A DNA stretch of 64,000 bases, from contig JABIXC010000007.1 of NCBI GenBank assembly GCA_018666775.1, positions 96,845 through 160,844 of the forward strand. Direction: 5' to 3'. Shown here one piece after another: positions 20,595-30,427 of the stretch. The notes beneath the pieces are model-generated. The model worked only from the letters and a program-made list of their open reading frames with translations. It had not been told where the DNA came from and did no database searches. The position numbers and the translations under genes are program-made. How positions within the stretch are numbered: the stretch's first letter is position 1; each line of letters begins with the position of its first letter. The DNA comes from Rhodospirillales bacterium (lineage in GTDB: Bacteria; Pseudomonadota; Alphaproteobacteria; SMXQ01).

Positions 20595-22868
20595 TCATGT
20601 GACCGGCACCCCATGATCACGGGCAAAGGCCCGCAGCTTGTCACGCAATGAATGGTCAGAACCCGTCATCAGGGTTTTCATGTAATTCTGCAAGGGACGA
20701 AGACGCAGTCCCCTGATCATGGTTTTGACCGGCCCCACGGCATTGGCATTCATGGAAATGGACCGAAACCCGAGCCCGATTAATGCCATGGCTTCAAGGG
20801 GTCGACCCGCCATTTCCCCACATAATGACAAAGGCACCTCTGCCTTGGTGGCGGCCCGAGACAGATCCTGCAACACATTAAGGATGGCCGGGGAAAGGGC
20901 ATCGTATCGTTCTGCGGTGCGCGGGTTGCCCCGATCTGTCGCAAACAGGAATTGCATCAAATCGTTGGACCCCACCGATAGAAAATCAACCCTTTCCATC
21001 AAGGCTGGCAGTTGCCAAAGCAACGATGGGACTTCAACCATGGCCCCAACCCGGAGTGTCTTTGGCAAAATGCCGCCCGCATTTTTTTCCCGGACAAGCT
21101 CCATATCCAGAACCTTGCGTGCCTGATCAAATTCAGCAACTTCGGCAATCATCGGAAACATAATCGAAAGGGACCTGCCATTGGCGGCACGAACCAGCGC
21201 GCGCACTTGCTGGCGCAACATGGCGGGACGGTCAAGGGCAATGCGGATGGCGCGCCAACCAAGGGCCGGGTTTTCACCAGATTCATGTTCGAAATAGGGT
21301 AATGCCTTGTCACCCCCAACATCGAGGGTACGAAACACCACGGCGCGGCCTTCTGCCTGATCCAGAATGTTCCGATACAACCCGGTCTGGGCTTCGACAT
21401 CAGGATATGCCGCACGGACCATAAATGGAATTTCCGTTCTAAACAGGCCAATGCCATCCGCCCCGGTCACATGAAGCTGGGGCACATCGAGCTCTAGGCC
21501 CGCATTGATATTAAGCGACACCCGAACCCCATCGAGGGTTTCAGCAGGCAGGTCCCGAATTTTGGTAAATGCCTGTCTGCGGGCGGCCCGCATCTTCAGG
21601 GTGTCAAAAAAACTGTTTTGCACGTCTTCGGAAGGCCGCACAAACACCTGGCGGTTATCCCCATCAACGATCACGGGGTCACCGGAATCAACCTTGGCAA
21701 ACAATTCCTTCACCTGCCCCATGACAGGAATATCCAGGGCACGGGCAACAATGGAAACATGGGACGATGAAGACCCATCTTCCATGATCAACGCCTTAAC
21801 TTTGGCAGTGTCATAATCAAGCAGTTCAGCAGGCCCCATGGCACGAGAAACCAGCACAACATTATCGGGCAGTTCTTCTTCGCCACTGCCCTGAACACCC
21901 CCGGTCAGCTGGACCAGAAGCCTGCGGGCAAGATCTTCAAGATCATCAAGGCGTTCGCGCAGATAGGCATCTTTGATCTGGCTCATGCGCATGCGGGTGT
22001 TTTCACGAATTTTCTGAACGGCGGCTTCGGCTGTCAGGCCTGAGCGAATGGCTTCCCGTGTCCGTTCAATCCACCCGGTATCCGCCGCAACCATCCGGTA
22101 GGCTTCCAAAACATCACGGTGTTCCCCGGTGGGTGCCAGATTTTGGGTATCGAAAATACGATCAAGATTCTGATGGACGGCGGTAACGGCATCTTCAAGA
22201 CGCACCAGTTCACGATCGGGGTCTTCGGCAACGACTTGGCGGATAACCACATCGGGGCGATGGATGACTGCCACGCCCATGGCCACACCCGCATTTAAGG
22301 GCACCCCATCAAGACGGATCGGCAAGGATGCATTGCCTTCCGATGGCGCACGTTCATGGGGATTAACCAACGCGCCGCCCGCCACAAGTTCCGCCAATGC
22401 CATGGCTGTGATTTGCATGGCCTCTACTTCTTCATCGGAATAATTCCGTTCATTCTGATTCTGAACCACCAACACCCCCGCCACCCGGGCAGAATGCAAA
22501 ATGGGCACCCCCATCAAGGAACGATAGGCATCTTCACCGGTTTCGGGGCGATACACAAAAGCGGGATGGGTTTGGGCATCAGACAGTGCCAAAGGCTGGG
22601 CATGGGCGGCAATTTCACCAACCAACCCTTCACCAACGCGAAGACGGGTTTGATGCACGGCGGCCACATTCAGGCCCTTGGTTGCGAACAGCTCCAGCAC
22701 TTCACCTGCACGCAGGATATAAACGGAACAGACCTCTGCCTCCATGCCATTGGCAATCAGGGTCACAATTTTATTTAGTTTTTTCTGAGCAACGGCCTCT
22801 CCGGCCATAACGTCCCTGATCCGCCCCAGAAGCCTGCGGGGCCCCGTTGCGGTCGAGACAGTCTGCAT
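20595..22868 (-). CDS. ptsP: Phosphoenolpyruvate--protein phosphotransferase EI-Ntr (GAF domain + PEP-utilising enzyme domains)
   Basis: 757 aa. N-terminal GAF domain, then central and C-terminal EI domains. Adjacent to lysC, as in Rhizobiales. Confidence 0.85.
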   Translation of the reverse strand: MQTVSTATGPRRLLGRIRDVMAGEAVAQKKLNKIVTLIANGMEAEVCSVYILRAGEVLELFATKGLNVAAVHQTRLRVGEGLVGEIAAHAQPLALSDAQTHPAFVYRPETGEDAYRSLMGVPILHSARVAGVLVVQNQNERNYSDEEVEAMQITAMALAELVAGGALVNPHERAPSEGNASLPIRLDGVPLNAGVAMGVAVIHRPDVVIRQVVAEDPDRELVRLEDAVTAVHQNLDRIFDTQNLAPTGEHRDVLEAYRMVAADTGWIERTREAIRSGLTAEAAVQKIRENTRMRMSQIKDAYLRERLDDLEDLARRLLVQLTGGVQGSGEEELPDNVVLVSRAMGPAELLDYDTAKVKALIMEDGSSSSHVSIVARALDIPVMGQVKELFAKVDSGDPVIVDGDNRQVFVRPSEDVQNSFFDTLKMRAARRQAFTKIRDLPAETLDGVRVSLNINAGLELDVPQLHVTGADGIGLFRTEIPFMVRAAYPDVEAQTGLYRNILDQAEGRAVVFRTLDVGGDKALPYFEHESGENPALGWRAIRIALDRPAMLRQQVRALVRAANGRSLSIMFPMIAEVAEFDQARKVLDMELVREKNAGGILPKTLRVGAMVEVPSLLWQLPALMERVDFLSVGSNDLMQFLFATDRGNPRTAERYDALSPAILNVLQDLSRAATKAEVPLSLCGEMAGRPLEAMALIGLGFRSISMNANAVGPVKTMIRGLRLRPLQNYMKTLMTGSDHSLRDKLRAFARDHGVPVT

Positions 22869-23917
22869 TATCCTGAAGCCTCTCGGCGAAGACGGGCCAT
22901 CAGCACGTCATAGGCCTGATGCACCAGTTCTTCAATGATGTCAGAACAGGGCTGTTCTTGGGTGACCATGCCAACCGATTGGCCGGCCATCAGCGAGCCA
23001 TTTTCCACGTCACCATCGATCACGGCACGCCTGAGCGCGCCAGCCCAAAACTGCTCGATCTCAAGCTGGGCTGCTTTCTGATCCATCTTGCCATCCCTGA
23101 AATCTGCAATCACTTCCCTTTGCCGTTCCATAAAGGCATCAGTTGCCTTGTTGGTGAGTGCGCGCACCGGGATCACCGGGAATTTCGGGTCAAGCTGGAC
23201 CGAGAGCACCGCATCACGCGCCGGAGCACGGATAAAGGCCTTTTTAAAATTTTCATGGGCAATGGATTCATTGGCGCACACAAACCGGGTGCCGATTTGC
23301 ACCCCGGATGCCCCCATTTCAAGATGAGAAACAATGGCCTCACCCCGGCCGATGCCACCGGCCACAAAAATTGGAACTTGCGTAATCGTCGGCAGAATTT
23401 CCTGAACCAGAACCGATGTTGTAACCGGGCCAATATGGCCACCCGCTTCCATGCCTTCGATCACAATGGCATCAACCCCAAGACGCACCAGCCTTTTGGC
23501 AATGACCACGGCAGGGGCAAAGCAGATAACCTTAATGCCTGCATCTTTCAGCCGCGCAATCCCTTTGGAGGGTGGCAAGCCACCGGCCAGCACCACATGG
23601 CTGATGTTGGCTGCAATACATTGATCAATCAACGCATCAAGTTCTGGATGCATGGTAATCAGATTAACCCCGAATGGCTTATCGGTAAGGCTTTTGGTCC
23701 CCTCAATCTCTGCGGCCAGCAGGTCTGGGGGCATGGCACCACAGGCGATCACACCAAAGCCACCGCCATTGGAAATGGCAGCCACCAAATTGCGCTCCGA
23801 TACCCAGCTCATGGCACCGCCCATAATGGCATACCGGGTCCCGAGAAAATCGCTGCCCCGGTGCCAAAGCGCCTTCAGTTCTGCTTCGGCCTGCGACTGA
23901 TCCATTGCGCCATCCAT
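22868..23917 (-). CDS. Nitronate monooxygenase (NMO / 2-nitropropane dioxygenase / FabK-like) family flavoprotein
   Basis: 349 aa. Glycine-rich FMN-binding TIM-barrel motifs typical of the NMO family. Confidence 0.7.
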   Translation of the reverse strand: MDGAMDQSQAEAELKALWHRGSDFLGTRYAIMGGAMSWVSERNLVAAISNGGGFGVIACGAMPPDLLAAEIEGTKSLTDKPFGVNLITMHPELDALIDQCIAANISHVVLAGGLPPSKGIARLKDAGIKVICFAPAVVIAKRLVRLGVDAIVIEGMEAGGHIGPVTTSVLVQEILPTITQVPIFVAGGIGRGEAIVSHLEMGASGVQIGTRFVCANESIAHENFKKAFIRAPARDAVLSVQLDPKFPVIPVRALTNKATDAFMERQREVIADFRDGKMDQKAAQLEIEQFWAGALRRAVIDGDVENGSLMAGQSVGMVTQEQPCSDIIEELVHQAYDVLMARLRREASG

Positions 23918-23920
23918 CGT

Positions 23921-25165
23921 TTAGTCCTGATCCAGATTATAGGCAGTATGCAGGGATCGCACGGCCAATTCCGTATATTCTTCGGCCACCAAAATGGAAA
24001 TTTTGATCTCTGATGTTGAAATAACCTGAATGTTGATGCCCTTTTCCGCCATGATCTGAAACATTTTCTGGGCAACGCCTGCATGGGAGCGCATGCCAAC
24101 ACCGATCACCGAAATTTTGACAACATTGGGATCCGGCACCAATGCGCCATAGCCCAGATCATCCTTTTTGCTTTCCAGCACAGCGATGGCGGCATCAATG
24201 TCGCCTTGGGCAACGGTGAAGGTCAGGTCCGTGGCATTGCCGTCTTCGGACACATTTTGCACAATCATATCCACGTTCACTTCGGCATCGGCCAAGGGAC
24301 CGAAAATCGACGCCGCGACGCCGGGCCTGTCAGGCACCTGAACAAGGGTGACTTTCGCCTCGTCCCGCGAATAGGTAATTCCACTGACCAGTTCTTGTTC
24401 CAGCATATCTTCCTCATCAACGACCAGTGTGCCGGGCGCATCGCTAAAGCTCGATAACACCTGCAAACACACATTATGTTTCATCGCCAGTTCCACAGAA
24501 CGCGTGTGCAGAACCTTGGCACCCAGAGACGCCATTTCCAACATCTCTTCATACGTAATTTTATCTAACTTACGCGCTTTTGGCACAATTCTGGGATCGG
24601 TGGTGTAAACCCCGTCCACATCGGTGAAGATATCACATCGATCTGCCCCAAGGGCCGCTGCCAATGCCACAGCCGTGATATCTGAACCACCCCGTCCAAG
24701 GGTGGCAATCCGGCCATCATCATCAATGCCCTGAAACCCAGCAACCACCTGCACTTCGCACGCATCAAGGCCAGAGACCAGTTTTTCAGTTTCAATCGCC
24801 GTAATCCGCGCACGCGAATGCAAGCCTTCGGTATGAACCGGCAATTGCCAGCCCAACCATGAACGCGCCTTGATTCCACGCCCTTGCAGCACACAGGCCA
24901 AAAGGCCAGAGGTCACCTGTTCACCGGTAGAAACCACAGAATCATATTCACAATCATATTCGCAATCATGGCCGGCATCGATATTACCATTGGCGGCTTC
25001 GCGAACCCATTCAACCAATTGATTGGTCACCCCGGCCATGGCGGACACCACCACCGTGACCTTGTGGCCATCCTTGACCGCGCTTTCCACACGATCAGCC
25101 ACAGACCGGATACGATCCATATCGGCCACCGACGTGCCGCCAAATTTTTGTACGATCACTGACAT
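23921..25165 (-). CDS. lysC: Aspartate kinase
   Basis: 414 aa. 'VQKFGGTSV' N-terminus. Two C-terminal ACT domains. Confidence 0.9.
   Translation of the reverse strand: MSVIVQKFGGTSVADMDRIRSVADRVESAVKDGHKVTVVVSAMAGVTNQLVEWVREAANGNIDAGHDCEYDCEYDSVVSTGEQVTSGLLACVLQGRGIKARSWLGWQLPVHTEGLHSRARITAIETEKLVSGLDACEVQVVAGFQGIDDDGRIATLGRGGSDITAVALAAALGADRCDIFTDVDGVYTTDPRIVPKARKLDKITYEEMLEMASLGAKVLHTRSVELAMKHNVCLQVLSSFSDAPGTLVVDEEDMLEQELVSGITYSRDEAKVTLVQVPDRPGVAASIFGPLADAEVNVDMIVQNVSEDGNATDLTFTVAQGDIDAAIAVLESKKDDLGYGALVPDPNVVKISVIGVGMRSHAGVAQKMFQIMAEKGINIQVISTSEIKISILVAEEYTELAVRSLHTAYNLDQD
24941..24964. repeat. Perfect-ish 12-nt tandem duplication (ATCATATTCACA / ATCATATTCGCA) giving the in-frame duplication 'CEYD-CEYD' in aspartate kinase
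   Basis: Direct reading of the DNA and of the translation '[14 protein letters not shown]'. Confidence 0.8.
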
Positions 25166-25380
25166 AACTCTTTATTCCGCTAAGTCTATTTTCCACAAAC
25201 AACGGACCCATAATGGGCATTTATTCGTTGTAAACGCTGGGAGCCTTACAGAACCCCGAAACCATTTTCGGGCCTATCAGGGCCTTGAATGACAGCTTGC
25301 CGCCGCGAAGGCGCCAATTCATACTCTGGAACGCCTATACAGGCAAGACCTGCAACGGAAAACCACAATATCCCATTGAA

Positions 25381-26163
25381 ATGACAGCATCATCTGACAA
25401 TCAAGCCCCACAAGGCAAAAATGGCAATCAGGGCTCTTTGGACCCTGAGGATGTTGCCCGTTTTGAAGCCTTGGCCGATGAATGGTGGGACCCCGATGGG
25501 CCTTTCAGGCCGTTGCACCTGTTTAACCCGGTTCGCATCGGGTTTATCCGCGATCAAATCTGTGGCCATTTCGGGCGCGATCCCAAAACGAAATTGCCCC
25601 TAGATGGGCTGAACATACTGGATATTGGCTGTGGTGGCGGGCTGGTTGCAGAACCCATGGCACGGTTGGGCGCAACCGTTACCGGCATTGATCCATCGCC
25701 TAAAAACACCGCCACGGCCCAAACCCATGGCACATCCATGGGGCTCAACATTACCTATAAAGCACAAACGGCTGAACAGACCGCATCAGATGACGTACGG
25801 TTTGACGTGGTTTTAATGCTGGAAGTTCTGGAACATGTCGCCGATATGGATGTTTTTATGGATGGGGCCACTAAATTGGTTGCCCCCAAGGGGTTGTTGA
25901 TCGCTGCTACGATCAATCGCACCTCAAAGGCATACGCGCTGGCTATCGTTGGGGCCGAATATATTCTGGGATGGGTACCGCGCGGCACCCATGACTGGAA
26001 CCGGTTTATCAAGCCCGAAGAATTGACAGAAAATCTTGCCCGGCGCGACTTTCAAATCAAGGCCTTATCGGGCCTCACCTATGGCCCAATTCATAGGCGC
26101 TGGAAAACATCCAATGATCAAAGCGTTAATTATATTCTGAGCGCGACGGCATCAAGCGGGTAG
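25381..26163 (+). CDS. ubiG: Bifunctional 2-polyprenyl-6-hydroxyphenol / 3-demethylubiquinol 3-O-methyltransferase
   Basis: 'FEALADEWWDPDGPF' and 'LDIGCGGGL' are UbiG hallmarks. The start is chosen at the internal Met that matches family N-termini. Divergent from lysC. Confidence 0.8.
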   Translation: MTASSDNQAPQGKNGNQGSLDPEDVARFEALADEWWDPDGPFRPLHLFNPVRIGFIRDQICGHFGRDPKTKLPLDGLNILDIGCGGGLVAEPMARLGATVTGIDPSPKNTATAQTHGTSMGLNITYKAQTAEQTASDDVRFDVVLMLEVLEHVADMDVFMDGATKLVAPKGLLIAATINRTSKAYALAIVGAEYILGWVPRGTHDWNRFIKPEELTENLARRDFQIKALSGLTYGPIHRRWKTSNDQSVNYILSATASSG

Positions 26164-26709
26164 CAAAACCGCTTTTAATTCTGCCATCATTTCCTGATTG
26201 GCCCCCATGGATTGCCATTGGGTGACTTCCAGGGTGCGCTCGATCAAGGCGATTTGGCGCTTGAAGTTGTTTTCAAGCTGGGGCTCTTCCACCTCGTTCA
26301 TAAACCAGATCAGGTTCATCACCCCGTCGCGGATATCAGCTTGGGGCTGATGGGCGGAATAAATGGTCGGACGATCGACCAACAAATGAATATCGCCCGA
26401 ATAGGGGATGGCGATGGTGATGGCTTTATGCTTTGCCCGATCTTCTTCGGGCGCTTTGATGGCATCGCATTCTTCGATCGTCAAAGGGCGTTCATCAACA
26501 AAAGCCGCCTTATCCACATGCATGGACGTATCGGGTATGGCAAAGCGGTCATAGATGGCGCGCACCTGATCCGCTGGGTCCAAACTTGAAAATTCTTCAT
26601 CCTTGCCGTCTTTGGCACGCGCCGCCACATCAAGGGCCGCGCGCTTTTGGGCCTTGAGATAGATATCCAGTTCTTCACCTGAAAACAGATAGGCCCCAAC
26701 AACATACAT
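26152..26709 (-). CDS. Conserved hypothetical protein (possibly DUF1285-like)
   Basis: 185 aa. No motif recognised with confidence. Its 3' end overlaps ubiG convergently by 12 nt. Confidence 0.35.
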   Translation of the reverse strand: MYVVGAYLFSGEELDIYLKAQKRAALDVAARAKDGKDEEFSSLDPADQVRAIYDRFAIPDTSMHVDKAAFVDERPLTIEECDAIKAPEEDRAKHKAITIAIPYSGDIHLLVDRPTIYSAHQPQADIRDGVMNLIWFMNEVEEPQLENNFKRQIALIERTLEVTQWQSMGANQEMMAELKAVLLPA

Positions 26710-26717
26710 CCGGTGCT

Positions 26718-27242
26718 TTAAGCGTCCTCGCGCGGGGGTTTGGGAACCGTGGCAAAGGGCACACCTTCATCGGCCAGTTCTTCGGCCTCATCTTCTGTGG
26801 CTTCACCATAGATGCCGCGTTCTTCGGCATCGCCATAATGAATTTTGCGGGCTTCCTCAGCAAAATCTTTGCCAACATCATCGCAGGTCTCTTTGACATG
26901 ACGATGCAGCTCATTCAAGGCAGACATGATGTCTTGTTCTGCTTTGCCAGTCGGCACGGCTGGTTCGCCAGAAGCATCATTATCGCCACCATTCACGGCA
27001 CCACTGTCAGCACCATTCGCAGCACCAATTCCAGAATCTTCTAAATTTCTGGCTGCGGTTTCAGAATCCTTACCGATGCCCGTGCCAATACGAGGCGCTG
27101 CGGGCACCTTTTCAACCTTGGTTTCACCACAGACCGGGCAACCAATTTTATGGCCCTTTTGCTGAGAGACAAAGGCCTTGGAATCCTTGAACCAAGCCTC
27201 AAAATCATGGCCGGCGCTGCAATTGAGATTATAAACAATCAT
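26718..27242 (-). CDS. DUF1178 family protein (N-terminal Zn-ribbon, acidic C-terminus)
   Basis: 'MIVYNLNCSAGHDFEAWFKD...GCPVCGETKVEK' is typical of alphaproteobacterial DUF1178. Confidence 0.6.
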   Translation of the reverse strand: MIVYNLNCSAGHDFEAWFKDSKAFVSQQKGHKIGCPVCGETKVEKVPAAPRIGTGIGKDSETAARNLEDSGIGAANGADSGAVNGGDNDASGEPAVPTGKAEQDIMSALNELHRHVKETCDDVGKDFAEEARKIHYGDAEERGIYGEATEDEAEELADEGVPFATVPKPPREDA

Positions 27243-27421
27243 GAAAACCTCTGGAACGTGTTGTCCCTTTATACACCAATTTACACATTAGATATGGCTT
27301 CAACGCGCCTAGATTCAACCCCCTTTAATACATTTATTTAGTGTTTAATAATATTATATACATTTATATTAATGTATAATATAATTATACTACTGTTTAG
27401 TAATGTTATATTGGTTTTAAA
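27243..27421. promoter_or_regulatory. Unusually AT-rich leader/promoter region of the cysHDN operon with palindrome and direct repeats
   Basis: About 170 nt that is roughly 80% AT within a 55% GC locus. Inverted repeat TATACAT-N8-ATGTATA at 27357-27378. Direct repeat ATACATTTAT at 27328 and 27358, 30 nt apart. Confidence 0.5.
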
Positions 27422-28147
27422 ATGCCCCAAACCCACGCCATATCCCACACCAAAGCCGCGCGGGCGCTAATGATTGATGCCATTCGGGATCATGGGCCTG
27501 TCACCCTTGCGTCTTCCATGGGGGCCGAAGACATGGTTTTGGTCGATCTGATCGCGACCAATGATCTGGGCATTGATGTGTTTGTGCTCGATACCGGGCG
27601 CCTGCACACAGAAACCCTGGCCTTGGTACAACAAGCCCGCGCGCGTTACGGGATTGATTTCAAAATGTATGTGCCCGACACAGAACAGTTGCAAACATAT
27701 CTGGCCAGTCATGGGCCGGATGGAATTTTTAACAGCATCGACACGCGCAAAACCTGCTGCGCCATCCGAAAAGTAGAACCCCTTGGCCGCGCCCTTAAGG
27801 GATATGGCGCCTGGATCACCGGCATGCGTCGGGATCAATCAGTTACACGTTTGGGCGTCCCCGACAGTGAATGGGATGAACCCAACGGGTTACACAAATA
27901 CAACCCACTGGCCAATTGGTCATCCGAAGACGTCTGGGCCTATATCGACCAGCACAAGGTTCCCCATAACCCCTTGCACAAACAAGGCTACCCCTCCATC
28001 GGGTGCGCCCCGTGTACCCGGGCCATCAACGAGGGCGAAGATGACCGCGCGGGCCGGTGGTGGTGGGAAAACCCCGACACAAAGGAATGTGGTTTGCACC
28101 CCGCATCAGAAAATCCCGCACCGACAAAATCTGAGGTGTCGTCATGA
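27422..28147 (+). CDS. cysH: Assimilatory adenylyl-sulfate (APS/PAPS) reductase, Fe-S type
   Basis: 241 aa. 'CC' pair (RKTCCAIRK) and 'CxxC' (GCAPCTRA) iron-sulfur ligands characteristic of APS-preferring CysH. C-terminal 'ECGLH' catalytic motif. Confidence 0.85.
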   Translation: MPQTHAISHTKAARALMIDAIRDHGPVTLASSMGAEDMVLVDLIATNDLGIDVFVLDTGRLHTETLALVQQARARYGIDFKMYVPDTEQLQTYLASHGPDGIFNSIDTRKTCCAIRKVEPLGRALKGYGAWITGMRRDQSVTRLGVPDSEWDEPNGLHKYNPLANWSSEDVWAYIDQHKVPHNPLHKQGYPSIGCAPCTRAINEGEDDRAGRWWWENPDTKECGLHPASENPAPTKSEVSS

Positions 28148-29100
28148 ATGTCGCAATTAAAGAAAGAACAGAAGAAACAAAAATGAAACCCGAATTTTCA
28201 ATGACCCCGCCGGGGCATCTAGACACCCTTGAAAGCACAGCGATTTATATCCTGCGCGAAGTTCGGGCCCAGTTCGAACGCCCTGCCCTGTTGTTTTCAG
28301 GCGGAAAGGATTCCGCGCTGGTGCTCGCCCTTGCGGTCAAGGCCTTTGCGCCGGGGCCCATGCCGTTCACCTTGCTGCACATCGACACCGGCCATAATTA
28401 TCCAGAGGTGCTCACCTTTCGCGACCAAGCAGCAAAGCAGGCCGGGGCCAAACTGGAAGTGCGTTCCGTTGAAGACAGCATTGCCCAAGGACGCGTGGTG
28501 CTGACCCATGAAGGCGAAAGCCGAAACCCGCACCAAAGTGTCACACTGCTGGATGCCATCGAAGAATTACGGCTCGATGCGTGTATTGGTGGGGCCAGAC
28601 GGGATGAAGAAAAAGCCCGGGCCAAGGAACGCGTCTTTTCCTTTCGCGATTCCTTTGGCGGTTGGGACCCAAGACGCCAGCGCCCGGAATTGTGGAGCCT
28701 GTACCAAGGCCGCGTTAATCCCGGTGAAAACATGCGCGTCTTTCCCATCAGTGACTGGACCGAAGCCGATGTCTGGCGCTATATCGCGCGGGAAAAAATC
28801 GACCTGCCGCCCCTGTATTACACCCATGAACGCGACGTTGTAGAACGCGGCGGCCAACTGGTCCCGGTTCACCCGTTGATCCCCAAAATTGATGGGGAAA
28901 CCAGTGAAAAACGCATGGTCCGGTTCCGCACCGTCGGCGACATCACCTGCACCTGCCCGGTGTTAAGCGATGCCACCACGCCCGAAGATATTTTGATCGA
29001 AACCCTCAACGCAGATATCTCTGAACGCGGGGCCACCCGGATGGATGATGCCGTTTCCGAAGCGGCCATGGAAAACCGCAAACAGGCGGGTTATTTCTAA
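28144..29100 (+). CDS. cysD: Sulfate adenylyltransferase subunit 2
   Basis: 318 aa. PAPS-reductase-like fold with 'SGGKDS' PP-loop. 4-nt overlap with cysH. Confidence 0.9.
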   Translation: MNVAIKERTEETKMKPEFSMTPPGHLDTLESTAIYILREVRAQFERPALLFSGGKDSALVLALAVKAFAPGPMPFTLLHIDTGHNYPEVLTFRDQAAKQAGAKLEVRSVEDSIAQGRVVLTHEGESRNPHQSVTLLDAIEELRLDACIGGARRDEEKARAKERVFSFRDSFGGWDPRRQRPELWSLYQGRVNPGENMRVFPISDWTEADVWRYIAREKIDLPPLYYTHERDVVERGGQLVPVHPLIPKIDGETSEKRMVRFRTVGDITCTCPVLSDATTPEDILIETLNADISERGATRMDDAVSEAAMENRKQAGYF

Positions 29101-30410
29101 TGAACACACAGCCTATATCCGAAGATCAGCCCATCCCCGAAGATAGCCGCGACCTTTTACGGCTAACCACTGCGGGCAGTGTCGATGATGGCAAATCCAC
29201 CTTGATCGGGCGGCTGCTTGCAGATTCCGGCGCGCTGGCTGCCGACCAAATGGCCAGCCTTGCCGCAGCAGCGGTTTCTGAGGGAACAAGCGAAATTGAT
29301 CTGGCCCGCATCACCGATGGCCTGACCGCAGAGCGCGAACAAGGCATCACCATTGATGTTGCCTATCGCTATTTTTCAACGCCGAAACGCAGCTTTATTC
29401 TGGCCGATGTACCGGGCCACGAACAATACACCCGCAACATGGTCACCGGTGCATCCAACGCCGATGCCGCGCTCTTTTTGGTGGATGCCCAAAATGGCAT
29501 GACCCCCCAAACCCGACGCCATGTCTGCATTGCAGCCCTTTTGGGCATCGATCAAGTAGTCTTTGCCATCAACAAAATGGACCTGGTTGATTTTTCCGAA
29601 GCGGCCTACATCCAGGCAAAGGACGAAATGAAAGCGTTCTGCGAAGGCCTTAGCTTTGGCACCGTTCATTACGTGCCGGTTTCGGCAAAAAAGGGCGACA
29701 ACGTCGTTGCCACTTCGGCCAGTATGCCTTGGTACACCGACGGGCCATTGATCAACATTTTGGGAAACCTGTCTGCATCGGCCACCAGCTTTGATGGCCC
29801 CTTCCGCATGGCCGTGCAAATTGCCGCACGTCCAACCCACAACCCCGAAGACGGTGACCTCGCCTCTGCGCGCGGGCTGATGGGCCGCATTGCATCGGGC
29901 CGGGTCCGCGTTGGGGAACGGGTGCAAATTGCACCAGGCAATAGCGAAAGCACTGTCACCTCTATCACCACGCCTCAAGGCCCGGCGTCTCAGGCTGTTG
30001 CCGGACAATCGGTGACCATTACCTTGGCCGATCAAATCGATGTTGGCCGGGGCCACATGCTGGCCGCCATAGACAACCCGCCCAGGCAATCCCGCGAAGC
30101 CCGCGCCCTTTTATGCTGGCTGGATAACGTGCCCCAAGACCCGCGCACGCCCTATTTGGTGCGCATTGGCACAAAGACCCTGAATGCCCGGGTGGCAGCC
30201 CCTGATTTCAGAATTGACACCAACACCTTGGACCGGGTCACGGACAATGCGCCCTTGGCCGCCAACGATATCGGCGAAACCATAATCCGCCTGTCCGATG
30301 ACATTGCCTTTGATCCGTTTGATGCCAATCCGGCAACAGGGGCCTTTCTGGTCATTGATCCACGGACCAATGCCACGGTCGCCGCAGGCATGATTGAAAG
30401 CGCACTTTAG
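29100..30410 (+). CDS. cysN: Sulfate adenylyltransferase subunit 1 (GTPase), no fused APS-kinase domain
   Basis: 436 aa. G1 'GSVDDGKST', G3 'DVPGHEQY', G4 'NKMD'. Its start overlaps the cysD stop (TAATG). Confidence 0.9.
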   Translation: MNTQPISEDQPIPEDSRDLLRLTTAGSVDDGKSTLIGRLLADSGALAADQMASLAAAAVSEGTSEIDLARITDGLTAEREQGITIDVAYRYFSTPKRSFILADVPGHEQYTRNMVTGASNADAALFLVDAQNGMTPQTRRHVCIAALLGIDQVVFAINKMDLVDFSEAAYIQAKDEMKAFCEGLSFGTVHYVPVSAKKGDNVVATSASMPWYTDGPLINILGNLSASATSFDGPFRMAVQIAARPTHNPEDGDLASARGLMGRIASGRVRVGERVQIAPGNSESTVTSITTPQGPASQAVAGQSVTITLADQIDVGRGHMLAAIDNPPRQSREARALLCWLDNVPQDPRTPYLVRIGTKTLNARVAAPDFRIDTNTLDRVTDNAPLAANDIGETIIRLSDDIAFDPFDANPATGAFLVIDPRTNATVAAGMIESAL

Positions 30411-30427
30411 AATTCACACAGAGAAAA

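Noticed and set aside
22919-24013. 364-aa plus-strand ORF antisense to the NMO and lysC genes (and similar long shadow ORFs such as 12663-13364, 18039-18713 and 29376-30089)
   Set aside because: These are opposite-strand overlaps of well-supported genes in GC-rich DNA. Their translations are low-complexity Arg/His/Gly-rich with no recognisable motifs.
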